DNA of 64,000 nucleotides from Octopus vulgaris (Eukaryota): NCBI GenBank assembly GCA_951406725.2, contig OX597818.1, positions 24,304,001 to 24,368,000 of the forward strand, read 5' to 3'. Shown piece by piece: positions 39,296 to 51,789 of this stretch (position 1 is its first letter; each line of letters starts with the position of its first letter). The notes under the pieces were generated by a model. It saw only the letters and a program-made list of their open reading frames with translations, ran no database searches and was not told where the DNA came from. The position numbers and the translations under genes were made by a program.

Positions 39296-40177
39296 TCACA
39301 ACTTAGTGTTGCAGATTAAAAGGTTACATGCATCACAGAACTCCAGTAACCTGGTTTCCTCTTTGTTTTGGGAACCAATATCATGGCCCCCATGTATACC
39401 AGTCAAGATACTGGATTGCTGTCCAACATGCCCATTAAAATCTCCAGCTGCAAAGATGAGAGAAATGTTGGACATAAGAAGCATTGGATGTGGCATGCAA
39501 GAGAGATGTCTGTGCTGGTATGGTCACGTACTATGGATAGATGAGGAGAGCTGTGTGAAGGAGTGCCACTCCCAAACAGTGGAAGGAACATATGGTAGAG
39601 GGAGATCCAGGAAGACATGGAAAGAGGTGGTGAAGCGTGATCTTCAAACGTTGGGCCTCATAGAGACAATGATGAAAGACCAAAACCTCTAGAGATATGC
39701 TGTGACAGAGAAGACCCAGCAAATAAAGTGAGATCACAGCTGTAGCCTACACCAGTGTCGCATAACCAGCCCACTCAAAAAGTACCTATGGATCGTAGGG
39801 CGACATGCCATGCTTGAGGAGACCTATTGAGTCAAGTACATCATCAACATCAAAATCAAATCAAACCACAATTAAATGGAAGTTGTAGCTGTGGCTGATA
39901 CCAGCACTGCCTGTCTGGCTCCCCATGCCGATGGCACATAAAAAACACCATCCCCCAACTGACTCCATCCAAATATGGTCTATGCCAGCCCCCTCTGGCC
40001 CCTGTGCCGGTGGCACATAAAAAGTACCCACTACACTCTAGGAGTGGTTGGTGTTAGGAAGGGCATCCAGCTGTAGAAACATTGCCAGATCAAATTGAAG
40101 CCTGGTGCAGCCTCCTGGCTTCCCATCCAAACCATGCCAGCATGGAAAACGGACATTAAATGTTGATGATGATGATG
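39296..40177 (+). mobile_element. 5'-inverted truncated RTE LINE
   Basis: 39296-39460 is endonuclease (GDFNGHVG..LLEFCD) on the minus strand, joined to RT C-terminus, 3' UTR and (GAT)n on the plus strand. Confidence 0.8.
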
Positions 40178-41169
40178 AACTTACACTACCCATACTTTAA
40201 ACTAGGGATGGGGAAACATTTTAGTACAAGGGGAACATGAATGTGTGCTTCTATGCTCAGAAAATTAATGTATCTTTAATTTTATAAATCCATTGGGAGC
40301 ATCTTATTTTAAATTACTGTTTTAGTCTTAAGGAAGAGTATTTTTCTTTTATTTAAAAATGTTGTTAGAGTGTCTTTTCAAATTTGCAAGTTTCTAATAA
40401 GGAGACTGTATAGTTACATACTTATAAACCAGTATCAGATAGATTATTGCATATATCAAATCATTAGATACTATTAAACATAAAAGTATGCTAATTTTTA
40501 TTACTATTGCTTCTTAAGTAATTTTTTTTAAAACAGGAGCATATGTTTATACAGATAGGTGGCTATATAAAAATTCATTAGATATTAGTGGATATGTACA
40601 TGTGTTTCTATGTGTATATAAGCAATGTAGGTGTATAAATTGATGTATAAGTGTGCATCAACAATTATTTGAGTACATATATTAGGTTAAGCATGTAAAA
40701 TTAAATATTTAAGTTTAGGGTGCTTGGATATAAGTGCCTAATATAAACATATTGTGTGTTACCACATAAAAACAATACAACCCGCATTTTTATCTTAATG
40801 ACCCTGAGCAACTTTTGCAAGTATTACAAGTTGTGAGTCAAGAAAAAAAAAACAAGATGTAAAAATCATATGATCTATATATTTATAGAGTAGAAGTAAT
40901 ATGAGGAAGGAATGTATTGTAAGAAGTGGGAAGTGTTTGGGAAGTGAGAGAAAGATGGAGGAAGATTAAAAATCACAGATAAATGTGCAGGAGGAGAAAA
41001 AGAAGAGCAAATTGATGCTTCATCCAAAGAAAGAGGAGGGACAGAAGGTATAGAGGAGGGAATTGTATGATTGGCACTGTTTCTATCATTGTGGTAAGGC
41101 TAGCTTGGAAAATGTTGCTGTTAATGCTGCTGGATATTGTTCAAAAGAAATTAACTTATTTGTCATTGC

Positions 41170-41590
41170 ACAAGTAGTCACAAGAGGTGGGGACAAATGA
41201 AGAGAAAATGAAATATATCACCACATGTCTGCAAGACTTATAGAGGGGGCGGGTATAATAGATGTGATCCATACTGAAGGCGTATGCTGATGCAGATGTA
41301 TATAAATATCAGCTATGTTGAAACTTTCATTAAAGGCTCCCACATAATATAGGGGAAAAAAGGAAAGTTGCTGCAATATTGCAACAGAAAAGTAACAATT
41401 ATTGCAGTTTGATCTTTGAATCTCTCCACCTTCAATCAGTAAGTTACTTTTTATTTATTATCAAACTCAACTTCAGTTAAAACAAAGACTTTTTCCACAG
41501 CAATCAACCACAAGTATTCACATTTTATCCAGTGATGTAACAACATTTAATGTATATATGAGGTAATATCTGCTTAATCTGAAACTAAAG
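41170..41590 (+). promoter_or_regulatory. Putative promoter and two non-coding exons, copy B (GC box ~41245; TATA 41299; donor 41439; exon 41501-41562; donor 41563)
   Basis: Collinear homology to 6982-7460, including ACAAGAGGTGGGGA, GCAGATGTATATAAA, TCAGTAAGTTA, CAGTGATGTAACAAC and ATGAGGTAAT. Confidence 0.6.
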
Positions 41591-42429
41591 GTAAAGTATT
41601 TTGATTTCTTGTTTGCTTGTACTTGTATTGTTGTAGTGTGTGTTTTATCTCACAGATGTTGCAGTGAGAGACATCATTCTGTTCATTGTACAGCATAGCC
41701 TTTAAATCATACTTTTAAAATCTTCAGCAAACTATTTCTTTATACTCTCTGTAAATTTTGCAATGCTTTAATTAAAAACAACGGTTTAATTAAAAATGTT
41801 GTTCAACCAAATAAATGTTCGTTCCCATAAGACATGTATATTTAGAGCATGTTAACCTGATAAGTCCTACCCCTCACAAAACAATAGATACCAGAATATG
41901 TATTCTCATTTCTGAAATCTAATGAACTGGCAGTCAATTACATGGCTCTCATACAATTTAGAACAATGGACTGTACCTCACCAGAGTGCCCACACACAGC
42001 AGGTGGATTGTACCAGAGAGAATTAAGTTTCTTTTCTTTATCCAGAGACACAGTACAACAATGAAAAGATCTGGACTGCTGACCATTTGGGCTAATGATT
42101 TACACTTTTTGAACCCTGACTGAAATAACTTTCCTTTCAGTCTTTAAATCATAAATATATATATATAACATTTATTTATACCTTCCAAGATGAGAATTTA
42201 ATATGGGAGTCTGTCAATAACATCACTTTAAGTATTTTATTTAGAATAACTACAATAAACATGATAATAAATAAAATTGCACAAAATGTGCAATAAAAGT
42301 TGATATCCTGCTTCAAATAAACAACACATACATTTGGAAATTTAAAATATCTACATTCCATTACACAAACTCACTAGTGGCATAAACGATGAGGCAGACC
42401 ATGTGTCTTTAGAGTGAACAATTTTATAT

Positions 42430-42997
42430 TCTTTTATTCTTTTACTTGTTTTAGTCATTTGACTGCAGCCATGCTGGAGCACCATCTTTAGTCAAATAAA
42501 TTGACCTTTGTAAGCCTAGTACTTATTCTATTGGTCTCTTGCCAAACCAATATCAGTTGTCAAGTAACGGTGGAGGACAAACACACACACAAATATTTAC
42601 TTAAATATATATATATATGTGTGTGTGTGTAAATATATATATGTAAATATATATAAATATAATATATATATACACACACACACATATATATATATACACA
42701 TATATACATATATACACATATATATATATACACATATATACATATATACACATATATATATATATATACATATATATACACATATATATACACATATATA
42801 TACACACACATATATATACACATATATATACACATATATACATATACACACATATATATATATACAGACACATATATATATATAAACATATATATATATA
42901 CAGACATATATATACACATAAACATATATATATATACAGACATATATATACACATATATATATACACATATATATATATATATATATATACACATAC

Positions 42998-43041
<44 letters not shown>

Positions 43042-43686
43042 GCGCCGTTTGCCAGCCCTGTCTGGCCCCTGTGTCGGTGGCATGTAAAAGCACCATCCGT
43101 TCGTGTCCGTTGCCAGCCTCGCCTGGCCCCCGTGCCAGTGACACGTAAAAGCACCATCCGTTTCGTGGCCGTTTGCCAGCCGTCTGGCCCCCGTGTTGGT
43201 GGTACGTAAAAGCACCATCCGTTCGTGTCCGTTGCCAGCCTCGCCTGGCCCCGTGCCGGTGACACGTAAAAGTACCATCCGTTCGTGGCCGCTTGCCAGC
43301 TCTGTCTGGCACCTGTGCGGGTGGCACGTAAAAAGCACCCACTACACTCATGGAGTGGTTGGCGTTAGGAAGGGCATCCAGCCGTAGAAACACTGCCAGA
43401 TCTGACGGGGCCTGATGAAGCCTTCCAGCTTCACAGACCCCAGTTGAACCGTCCAACCCATGCTAGCATGGAGAACGGACGCTAAATGATGATGATGATG
43501 ATGATGATATATATACATATATATATACACACACACATATATACATATATATATATATATACACACACACATATATACATATATATATATACACACACAC
43601 ATATATACTTATATATATATACACACATATATACATTTATATATATATACACACATATATATATACATATATATATATACCCACTC

Positions 43687-43719
<33 letters not shown>

Positions 43720-43997
43720 CACACACATATATATATATATATACATATATACACATATATATACATATATATACATATATATATATATATGTACATATAT
43801 ATGTATACACACATATATACACACACATACACACACACATATATACAACGGGCTTCTTTCAGCATTTCTGTCTACCAAATCCACTCAGAAGGCTTTAGTC
43901 GTTCCAAGGCTATAGTAGAAGACACTTCCTTAACGTGTCACACAGTGTGACTGAACGTGGAACCATGTGGTTGGGAAGCAAGCTTCTTACCACACAG
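42430..43997 (-). mobile_element. OK-like SINE split by expanded (TA/CA)n and a nested RTE 3' UTR
   Basis: SINE tail half at 42430-42590 and head half at 43845-43997. Confidence 0.65.
43041..43507 (+). mobile_element. RTE 3' UTR fragment with about five ~59-bp tandem units
   Basis: Repeated CCGTTGCCAGCCTCGCCTGGCCCCGTGCC..TG.CACGTAAAAGCACCATCCGTTCGTG; near-identical to 59430-59750. Confidence 0.85.
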
Positions 43998-44483
43998 AAC
44001 ATATCAAAGCATATTTAGAAAATATGAATATATTTGTCTTAATGGATATCTTAAAAGTAGATTAACAGGGTAAAAAAATCAGGATGGTCATGGCTGGAAC
44101 ATTTTTAATCATAACTGTATTTGATCAGGATTGACATAGGATTAATTAAAAACAGCAACTTCAATATTTCACAGGCACTTATCTCATCTATCAAAGATAG
44201 ATGAAATATAAAAACTTAATTTCTGATGTAAAAATGATTAAACACAAAAATGCATTATTCTAATATTCTACAGTATCTACCAGCTTACTGCTTCTATATA
44301 CAGTTTATTCAAAGAATTTTGCTTTAAATTTCCATATATTGATTAAAACATAAGTTGATTAAAATATAGTACCAGTCAAGTACTGGTGTTTATGGCATCA
44401 AAAATTCCCCTCTCCACAAATTTCAGACCTTGTGCCTAAACTAGAAATAATATATAAAATATTTTTATAAAAATGATGGTATA

Positions 44484-44703
44484 CAGTAATCCCTCATCAT
44501 ATCACGGTTCACCTATCACAATTTATTATTTAAGCTTACGTAGATTCCACCATGGTGTTGCCTTGCATTTATAAAATAAATATATACAAATTATAAAAAT
44601 AGTTTTTAAAAATATACAGTACAGTACTGTTTCTACTTCATGGATTTTCACCTATCACAGGAGGATTTGGAATGGAATACTCCCAATAGTCATGGGATTA
44701 CTG
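44484..44703. mobile_element. Tigger/pogo-type MITE
   Basis: TA|CAGTAATCCC ... GGGATTACTG|TA. Confidence 0.8.
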
Positions 44704-45841
44704 TATTTTTTAAAGACTAAATAGTAGAAAAAAATCCCAATAACGCTCATTTATTATTAGATAAGGCTATTTCAGATAAGTGACATTGTAGATTGTAGTT
44801 AATATCAGTAAATGATTTATCAATGGATAATGAACATTACCGTATCATTGAATTGGTTAACCATCAAATATAGTTATTTAATTCACCATTACATATTGAC
44901 AATGTAATTACTAACATGCAACATTCTGCAACACTTATAAGATATCCTTTAATTGAATTATTCAATACTTGATACCTCTACACATGAATCAATAAGTGTG
45001 TATTCTTGTGTAAACACCAACAAATACCCTAACATATGTAAACAAATAGAAAATAGAATACTTCTAACAATAATGAATATACAATCACAATAAGATGGAC
45101 TATGTGGTTTATTTGCTAATTAACTTCATGAAATACTGAAGATGATATATCAATGGTCAATATTAAGAGGTTTTGCAAATCTTGGAATGGAATGGATATC
45201 ATGAGATTATGAATAGAACTTGGTTAAAAAGTAAGAATACAAGAGACAGTTATTTTGGATTCTTTAGTTAAGCAATTATATCACTATTATAACTAGATCA
45301 ATTATATGGGTAGAATGACTGAATATATAACTCACCTACTAAAGAACATCTATAATAATCTACCAATTCAATAATCAAATCACTGATCCTGATAGAATAT
45401 GCTGTAAAACTGCCTGATCAGCAAATAGTAAACATATCACGTTGGTGTAGTTTACTCTAAACAGTGTGTAAAATATAACAATCTTTATTGAAGCAGTATC
45501 ATCTACCAGTTAGGGTTATATAAATGGCAGCTTCATTTGCTAAATAGCATCTCAGCAGCTGCCAGAATAAGGTAATTATATTTTCTAGAAAGCCTTTTTA
45601 TGTATGTTTTTTCAGTCACAGATTAACATTTGACATGAACTTTTGTGATAAACAATTTATTGCAGGATTTGAACACAGTATCCCAGGCATTTTTGTTATG
45701 CTGTGCATCTCTGCATATGTTATGATAATAGTCTTGATAATTGTTAAAACTTTGCTTCTTGTTTCAAATGTTTAAGTTTCAGATTAAGGATGATTATTAA
45801 AGCCAAAGTAGTGAATTAATTTATTTTTAAAAAGTTTTGTA

Positions 45842-46127
45842 CAGTAAAACCTCACCTTACGGGGACCTGCTTTACAAGACCCTGGGTTTAAGAGTTTTAT
45901 TTTATAATAAATATAAAAAGGTTAAACAACCATTTTGTGCATGTAGCAATGTTGCAACATGTCGCAACACTGGTTCTGACGCATCTACCCAGCTGCATAT
46001 AGCGATGGAATAAAATGACAGCATAAAATTTCATTGCTACTATGGGAAATGATTGCTCTGTTTTACAAGTTTTCACTTTACAAGCAGTCTCTGGGAACAA
46101 ATTAACTCGTATATTGAGGTATTACTG
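45842..46127. mobile_element. Tigger/pogo-type MITE
   Basis: TA|CAGTAAAACCTCA ... TGAGGTATTACTG|TA. Confidence 0.8.
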
Positions 46128-47149
46128 TATTATGTGAATTTTAGTCCCTATTTCACGATAGTATCTCTTCTGTTTCTAATGATACTAAACTCTATGGATA
46201 CTTCTATTATTGTCATACATCAATAAACAGACATTTACTAATGTCTCAACACTGAAGGTTGAGTCAAAATTATTTAAAAATTTGTTTTCATGGAGACTTT
46301 ATATCATTTAGGTAGGACTAAAATCAAGTCCTTTACTTCAAATGTTTAAAATGTCAACACTACATTAGAAATAAAATTATCATTTCAATCCCTACCAAAA
46401 TATAGATGTATAGAGTAAAAATCTACATACAAGTAAGTATGTGGTTTTGAATGTATGTGTGGCATGAGCCTGTATGTGTGTGATATGTGGCGGGAAAGAT
46501 AACTAGAAAACAGTATAAATAAAATATAGAGTAAATACAAAAAGAAAAGGTGAGATTAAAAGTTGGAAAAGTTCCATAATGCTCTAGTAAAAGTTGCAGC
46601 ATTCAGTAATACATTAAAAATGCTTTCTATACAACAAAACCCATTAATTTATAATATCTTGAGCAATAAATATGCTTATTTGAAGGGCTGAAGGTATTTA
46701 CTGCAGCATCAAAAATATCAGCTGGATAAAGTATTCAAATATATTACAGCATCTATTTTATGGCAATGATTAATATTTTTCTTGAAATTACAATTTTTTT
46801 AAAATTGTACATGTGTTTTCACATTTTAAATGTTTATGCACACAGCCTTCAACATTTTACAAGGGTAAACCAGAAAGTAATGCAAATAAAAATTGCATTT
46901 TTTTGTGACTCACACTTGTATGTAGTATAGTGTACAAAAATATTGTCACTGAACATTGAAGGAAAATTTTGAAATAATCATCAACTAAATAATCTTGAAG
47001 ATAATTTATATCTTCCAAAACGAAATAAAAAAATCCAAGTTATTACAGATTTTAGAAAATAACTTTCTGAATTGTTTGTAAGTGGATGTTAAATGATGAT
47101 GATGTTCCTAAAAACAGAAATTTTGGACTCACTTGTGTCCTATTTTTAG

Positions 47150-47254
47150 CAACTTCATCCTATTTTATCTTCAACACCTTATGCAACTGTAGCGAGAACC
47201 AACAGGGCATATGAAGAATTTCTTTGTAACAGGAATACGAAGAAGAGACTAGAA
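47150..47254 (+). CDS. Candidate phase 0-0 exon QLHPILSSTPYATVARTNRAYEEFLCNRNTKKRLE
   Basis: CTCAC..TCCTATTTTTAG acceptor, GAA|GTGAGA donor, 105 nt open; no homology recognised. Confidence 0.3.
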
Positions 47255-47405
47255 GTGAGATGAACTGATTGATTCAACCAAAGAACTTTTTGAATAAACT
47301 ACAGAAATTCAACTATTTCAATAGTTGACACAAACAAAATTTTACTTATTTATGTTACTATGTCTTCACATATATCAGATTTGTATGTATGTAAGTATGT
47401 AAGTA

Positions 47406-47448
<43 letters not shown>

Positions 47449-47759
47449 TGTGTATGTATGTATGTATTTATGTAATTATTCAGTTTCATTTCAAGATTTC
47501 TTGCCAATCAAGAAAGAGTCAGTTTCTAACCTAGATCTAAGGTTCATTCATCGGAATTTCAACAACATCAACAATGTATTTGTGCGTGTTAATGAGCATG
47601 TGGGCAGTATTTGGAGTTAATACATATGCAGATTTGCATGTTTTGTTTTATGTATGTATTCTCATGTGAAGACATGCACATATATATACTTACATAATAA
47701 ACTTCTGGAAAGTTTTACAAATTCTTACAGTTCCATTGATGTATTGAATTTGTAATCTC

Positions 47760-47982
47760 CTAATTAGCTTTCTCCTTTTGAGAAACCTAATTTCTCAAGA
47801 CTGGTGCTTAGGCAGTTAGTTACATGTCTCAGGGCCTCAATAATTACAGGTATAAAACTGAACTTGTAAGCTAGGTGGAGTAACTGTAAATCTCTCAATA
47901 GTTCAGTGTAGGTGTTTTCTTTCACACAGAGCCTTAGCTTTATGCTGGCATCCACTGGGCAACTGATTTCCACTACTGTACA
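47760..47982 (-). mobile_element. RLE-type (R4/Dong-like) LINE 3' fragment
   Basis: VVEISCPVD...KENTY..L...FIPVIIEAL..V...L..LG, a restriction-like endonuclease C-terminus. Confidence 0.7.
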
Positions 47983-48644
47983 TACGCATACACATACATA
48001 TACATGTACATACATATGTATGTGTGTGTATGTATGTACATATGTATCACTGCATTAAACATCATTTCTTTTATGATTATATTTTGTATATCAATAGAAT
48101 TTTCATACCAGCTAAAAGAATTTTATGCATTTCTTCAACCAAAAATTACGACTTTCTGCATCTCAACATCTCCATTCATCAGATCAAATTGCAGAAACTA
48201 TGGATCTACTGCATTTAGGACGCAGGTAGCTAGGATGAATGGATAATGTTTGTAAGGAATATTTATACTGGATTGGAAATATATATATATTACAACAAAT
48301 TAAATTTAATTTACATTAAATAATACTCATGCACACAAATATGCATATGTATACACTTTATATATCTATGTACGTGTGTGTGTGTGTGTCTCCATCTTTC
48401 TCTCTCTTCCCCCCCCCTCTCTCTAGATAAAGAAGGCAGAACAGAGGTTCATTGCTACTGGGTTAGAAGCTTAGGCTGGGTCAACTGGGTGAGCAGGGTC
48501 TGACGTGAAAAAAAAACCTAAACCCCTAAAACTCCAGAAACACCACTGTTGATGCATCCTAGAGCATCCACAAGATGTATCCCAAAACTAAAATGATATA
48601 CACTATATCAATATAAACACACATCACACACACAAACATTAATA

Positions 48645-49145
48645 TCATCATCATTTAACGTCTGTTGTCCATGCTGGCATGGGTTGGATGGTTTGATTCA
48701 GCTGGCATGCTGGAAGGCTGCACCAGACTCCAGTTTGATTTGGCATGGTTTTCTAGGGCTGGATACACTTCCTAACACCAACCACTCTGAGAGTGTAATG
48801 GGTGCTTTTATGCACCACTGGCACAGGTGCCATTTGTGTTACACCGGGGTATGTTTACATGCCACTGGCATGGGTGCCGATTTGCGTGACAATGGTATCT
48901 GCCATGACTGTGACTTTTCTTGACTTTATGGGTCTTTTTCTCAAGTACGACATAATGCCAAAAGTCCCAGTCAATGCCTCCATGAGGCCCAACACTCAAA
49001 AGGAACTCAGCCACCTTGCCTCCATCAAACCCAATGCTTGAAAGGATCTGAGCCAGCTTTGATTCCATGTGGCCCAAAAGATATTCTTTATGTGCTACCA
49101 GCATGGGCGCACTTGTCTTCACGGGTCCTCTCAAGCACAACACAT
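48645..49145 (-). mobile_element. RTE/SINE 3' tail variant
   Basis: (ATC)n, CCATGCTGGCATGGGTTGGA and CCTAACACCAACCACTC. Confidence 0.7.
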
Positions 49146-49425
49146 TGCCAAATTCCTGGCAGAGTGAATTGCATCATGGTGCTGTTTTTCTCATAGACAG
49201 TGCCAAACTGACCCTACTATACTGTGTAGTCGGCAAAATCAAAAACAAACAATGAGCATGTGCAAAATTCAAAATATAAAAAATATAAAAATATAAAAAT
49301 TCAAAATATAAAATAATCTAACCATTGCACCATGTATATACATATATTTTGTGTATATACATATAAATATATATATATTTATACGTATGTGTGTGTATAT
49401 ATATATATATATCTATCTATCTATA

Positions 49426-49467
<42 letters not shown>

Positions 49468-49470
<3 letters not shown>

Positions 49471-49851
49471 ATGGTGATTCAATAATTTCCTCTCACAGCT
49501 GCTGGTTGTGGGCCTCCGAGAATGTTCATCAATATCGACACTCTGCTGGCCATCTAGGAAACGTCTGAACCACTCATACACTTGTATGCAGTTCATACAC
49601 TCCTCCCCATATATTTTCTGCAACTTTGTGGTAGACCTCCAAGCAGGTATCACCATGACAGCTTTTCTGTCATGGTCAATGCAATGATTACATGCTACAC
49701 ACCTTCCTACCAAGCATTGCTGTAAACAGTGGAAGTAAGCTAGAATATTAAAACTTAGCACATATGCACAGCAAAGTTCAAGATCAATCTGTGCCAAGCA
49801 GTTTCACTATGCATGCAGTAGTCCGGATACTTACTGATATCAGATCTTGTA
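49468..49851 (-). mobile_element. Mariner 5' fragment (second family)
   Basis: LQKIYGEECM...[25 protein letters not shown]; TIR-like end TACAAGATCTGATATCAGTAAGTATCCGGAC. Confidence 0.8.
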
Positions 49852-49881
49852 TATTATATTTGTGTGTGTGTGTGTGTGTGT

Positions 49882-49913
<32 letters not shown>

Positions 49914-50275
49914 TTGGATGACCTTCCTGTTACTATCTCTTAACTGTTTCCAAGCAAGGTCATATTTCATCATAATCAAACATGTTTACAAAGAATATTG
50001 AAAATAAATGACATTACTTGTGTGACAATGACTCATTTATCATGCAGTGTCAAGACAAGGATAGACACATACACACATATCAGATTTCTTTCAATTTACA
50101 TCTACCAAATCCGCTCACAAGAATTTGGTTGGCCCAGGGCTATATTAGAAGACACTTGCCTGAGGTGCTACAGATAGGGACTGAACCCACAACCATGTGG
50201 CTGAAAAGCAAGCATATCAATCACACAGCAATGCATGTGACTATATTTTATTACATATATATATATAAGACTAAT

Positions 50276-50616
50276 CTGCTGAGACCCCCTTTGGTCATGA
50301 CTGACCATGAGATTGCACCTAGAAAGTTACTCTCCCAGGCACAAGTCCGGACAAGGTTGTTTATGGAAGACCAGCAGTCACCCATGCATACCGGCCTCCC
50401 TTCTCCACGCCACCAGTGTTATCCAAAGGAAAAGCAAAGGCCGATACAGCTCGGCACCTGTGACATCGCAACTCGTTTCTACAGCTGAGGGAATTGCAGC
50501 AACGTGAAATAAAGTGTCTTGCTCAAGAACACAACATGCAGCAAGGTCGGGGATTCGAACACAAAACCTCCCAATTGTAAGCTCGACGCTCTAACCACTG
50601 AGCCATGCGCCTTCAC
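50276..50616 (-). mobile_element. Full-length tRNA-derived SINE with 11-bp TSD
   Basis: Head GTGAAGGCGCATGGCTCAGTGGTTAGAGCG...GTTCGAATCCC; TSD ATAAGACTAAT at 50265 and 50617. Confidence 0.85.
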
Positions 50617-50633
50617 ATAAGACTAATACATAT

Positions 50634-50679
<46 letters not shown>

Positions 50680-50813
50680 CACACACACACAGACATTATA
50701 TTAGTCCAACCCATGCCAGCATGGAAAGCAGACAGTAAATGATGATGATGATACATACACACACACACACATAAAAGCACACATATTATATATGTGTGTG
50801 TGTGTGTACATAC

Positions 50814-50857
<44 letters not shown>

Positions 50858-50929
50858 GACATTATAATAGTTACTGTGATGCATTGTGTAGTATATATTG
50901 CATAAAGGGTCATGGGTAAGGCCAGAACA

Positions 50930-51290
50930 ATGCAAAGATGTGTAGTGATAACTGATAGAAATAAATATTGCAATATAGGTGCTAGTTCATGCTTTATAAA
51001 ACAAAGAATAGCAAGCCATGAAAGTTTGTTTAGAAATAATACTAGAGAATTTTCAACAGGTCTTAGTAAACTCATATGGTTGCTGAAGAATGAAAATATC
51101 AAGTATTCATTAAAATGGAAAAATATTAGTACTGTGAAACCTTATAAGATTCGGGACAAAAGATGCAATCCATGTCTGGAGGAATTATACCAGATATTTA
51201 CTTCAGAAAATAAATTAGTTAACACTAGATAAGAAAGAAGTTTTAATTGCTTACACAAACAATGTTTTCTTAATTCCAAAAGACCCTCAA
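50930..51290 (+). mobile_element. Penelope-like GIY-YIG endonuclease fragment
   Basis: IKQRIASHESLFR..STGLSKLIWLLK..IKYSLKW...KRCNPCLEE..LVNTR. Confidence 0.75.
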
Positions 51291-51789
51291 CCACAACATG
51301 TTCATGAAACATTGGTAGAGAAAGCATTTTAATTTTACTTCTTGTCATAGAGTGGAGGGGATGGGGGTTGCTTATTTCATTTTGTTTTGTTTTTGAAAAA
51401 TTGAAATTTTACAGAATTTTTTTTTTTTCAGAATCATAATCTCCATATTTTCCTATGTATTTCGCCCCTAATTTTTTTTTTAAAAAGTGAAAATTTTAGA
51501 AATTTAGGTGAGTGGGGTGGGATGGGGGAGGGGTGAAGGGAGGATTTAAATTTTGAAAAACAGATTTTTTTACAGATTCAGAATCTCTGCCCTCGATATA
51601 GTGTGTTCCTGTAAAAAAGAAAACAAAAAATCGCAAAAGTCCATGATCTTTACCTTCGCCAACCTTTTATATATAATTTAACCTAAAAAGACTTTAAAAC
51701 AATAAAAGTAAAAAATAATAAGTTAGAAGAATTTAAAATACAACTGAATACTTCCTTTTAAAAAAATAACGATAATAAGAAATAAGCAC

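Noticed and set aside
43041-43340. CRISPR-like regular repeats
   Set aside because: Tandem units without unique spacers, inside a LINE 3' UTR; eukaryotic context with no cas genes.
42560-43950. Long Y/I/C/V/M/H/T-rich ORFs (also 12.7-18.8, 23, 35.6, 54-55 and 59.7 kb)
   Set aside because: They are translations of (TA)n/(CA)n/(TACA)n microsatellites.
48004-48246. Fourth, highly diverged copy of the peptide exon (SIEF/YAFL vs SAEF/YAFM)
   Set aside because: Similarity is limited to two short words; the conserved acceptor and ATGAAG start are absent.
50540-50616. tRNA gene
   Set aside because: The tRNA-like head continues into a SINE body bounded by TSDs; the same applies to the other SINE heads.
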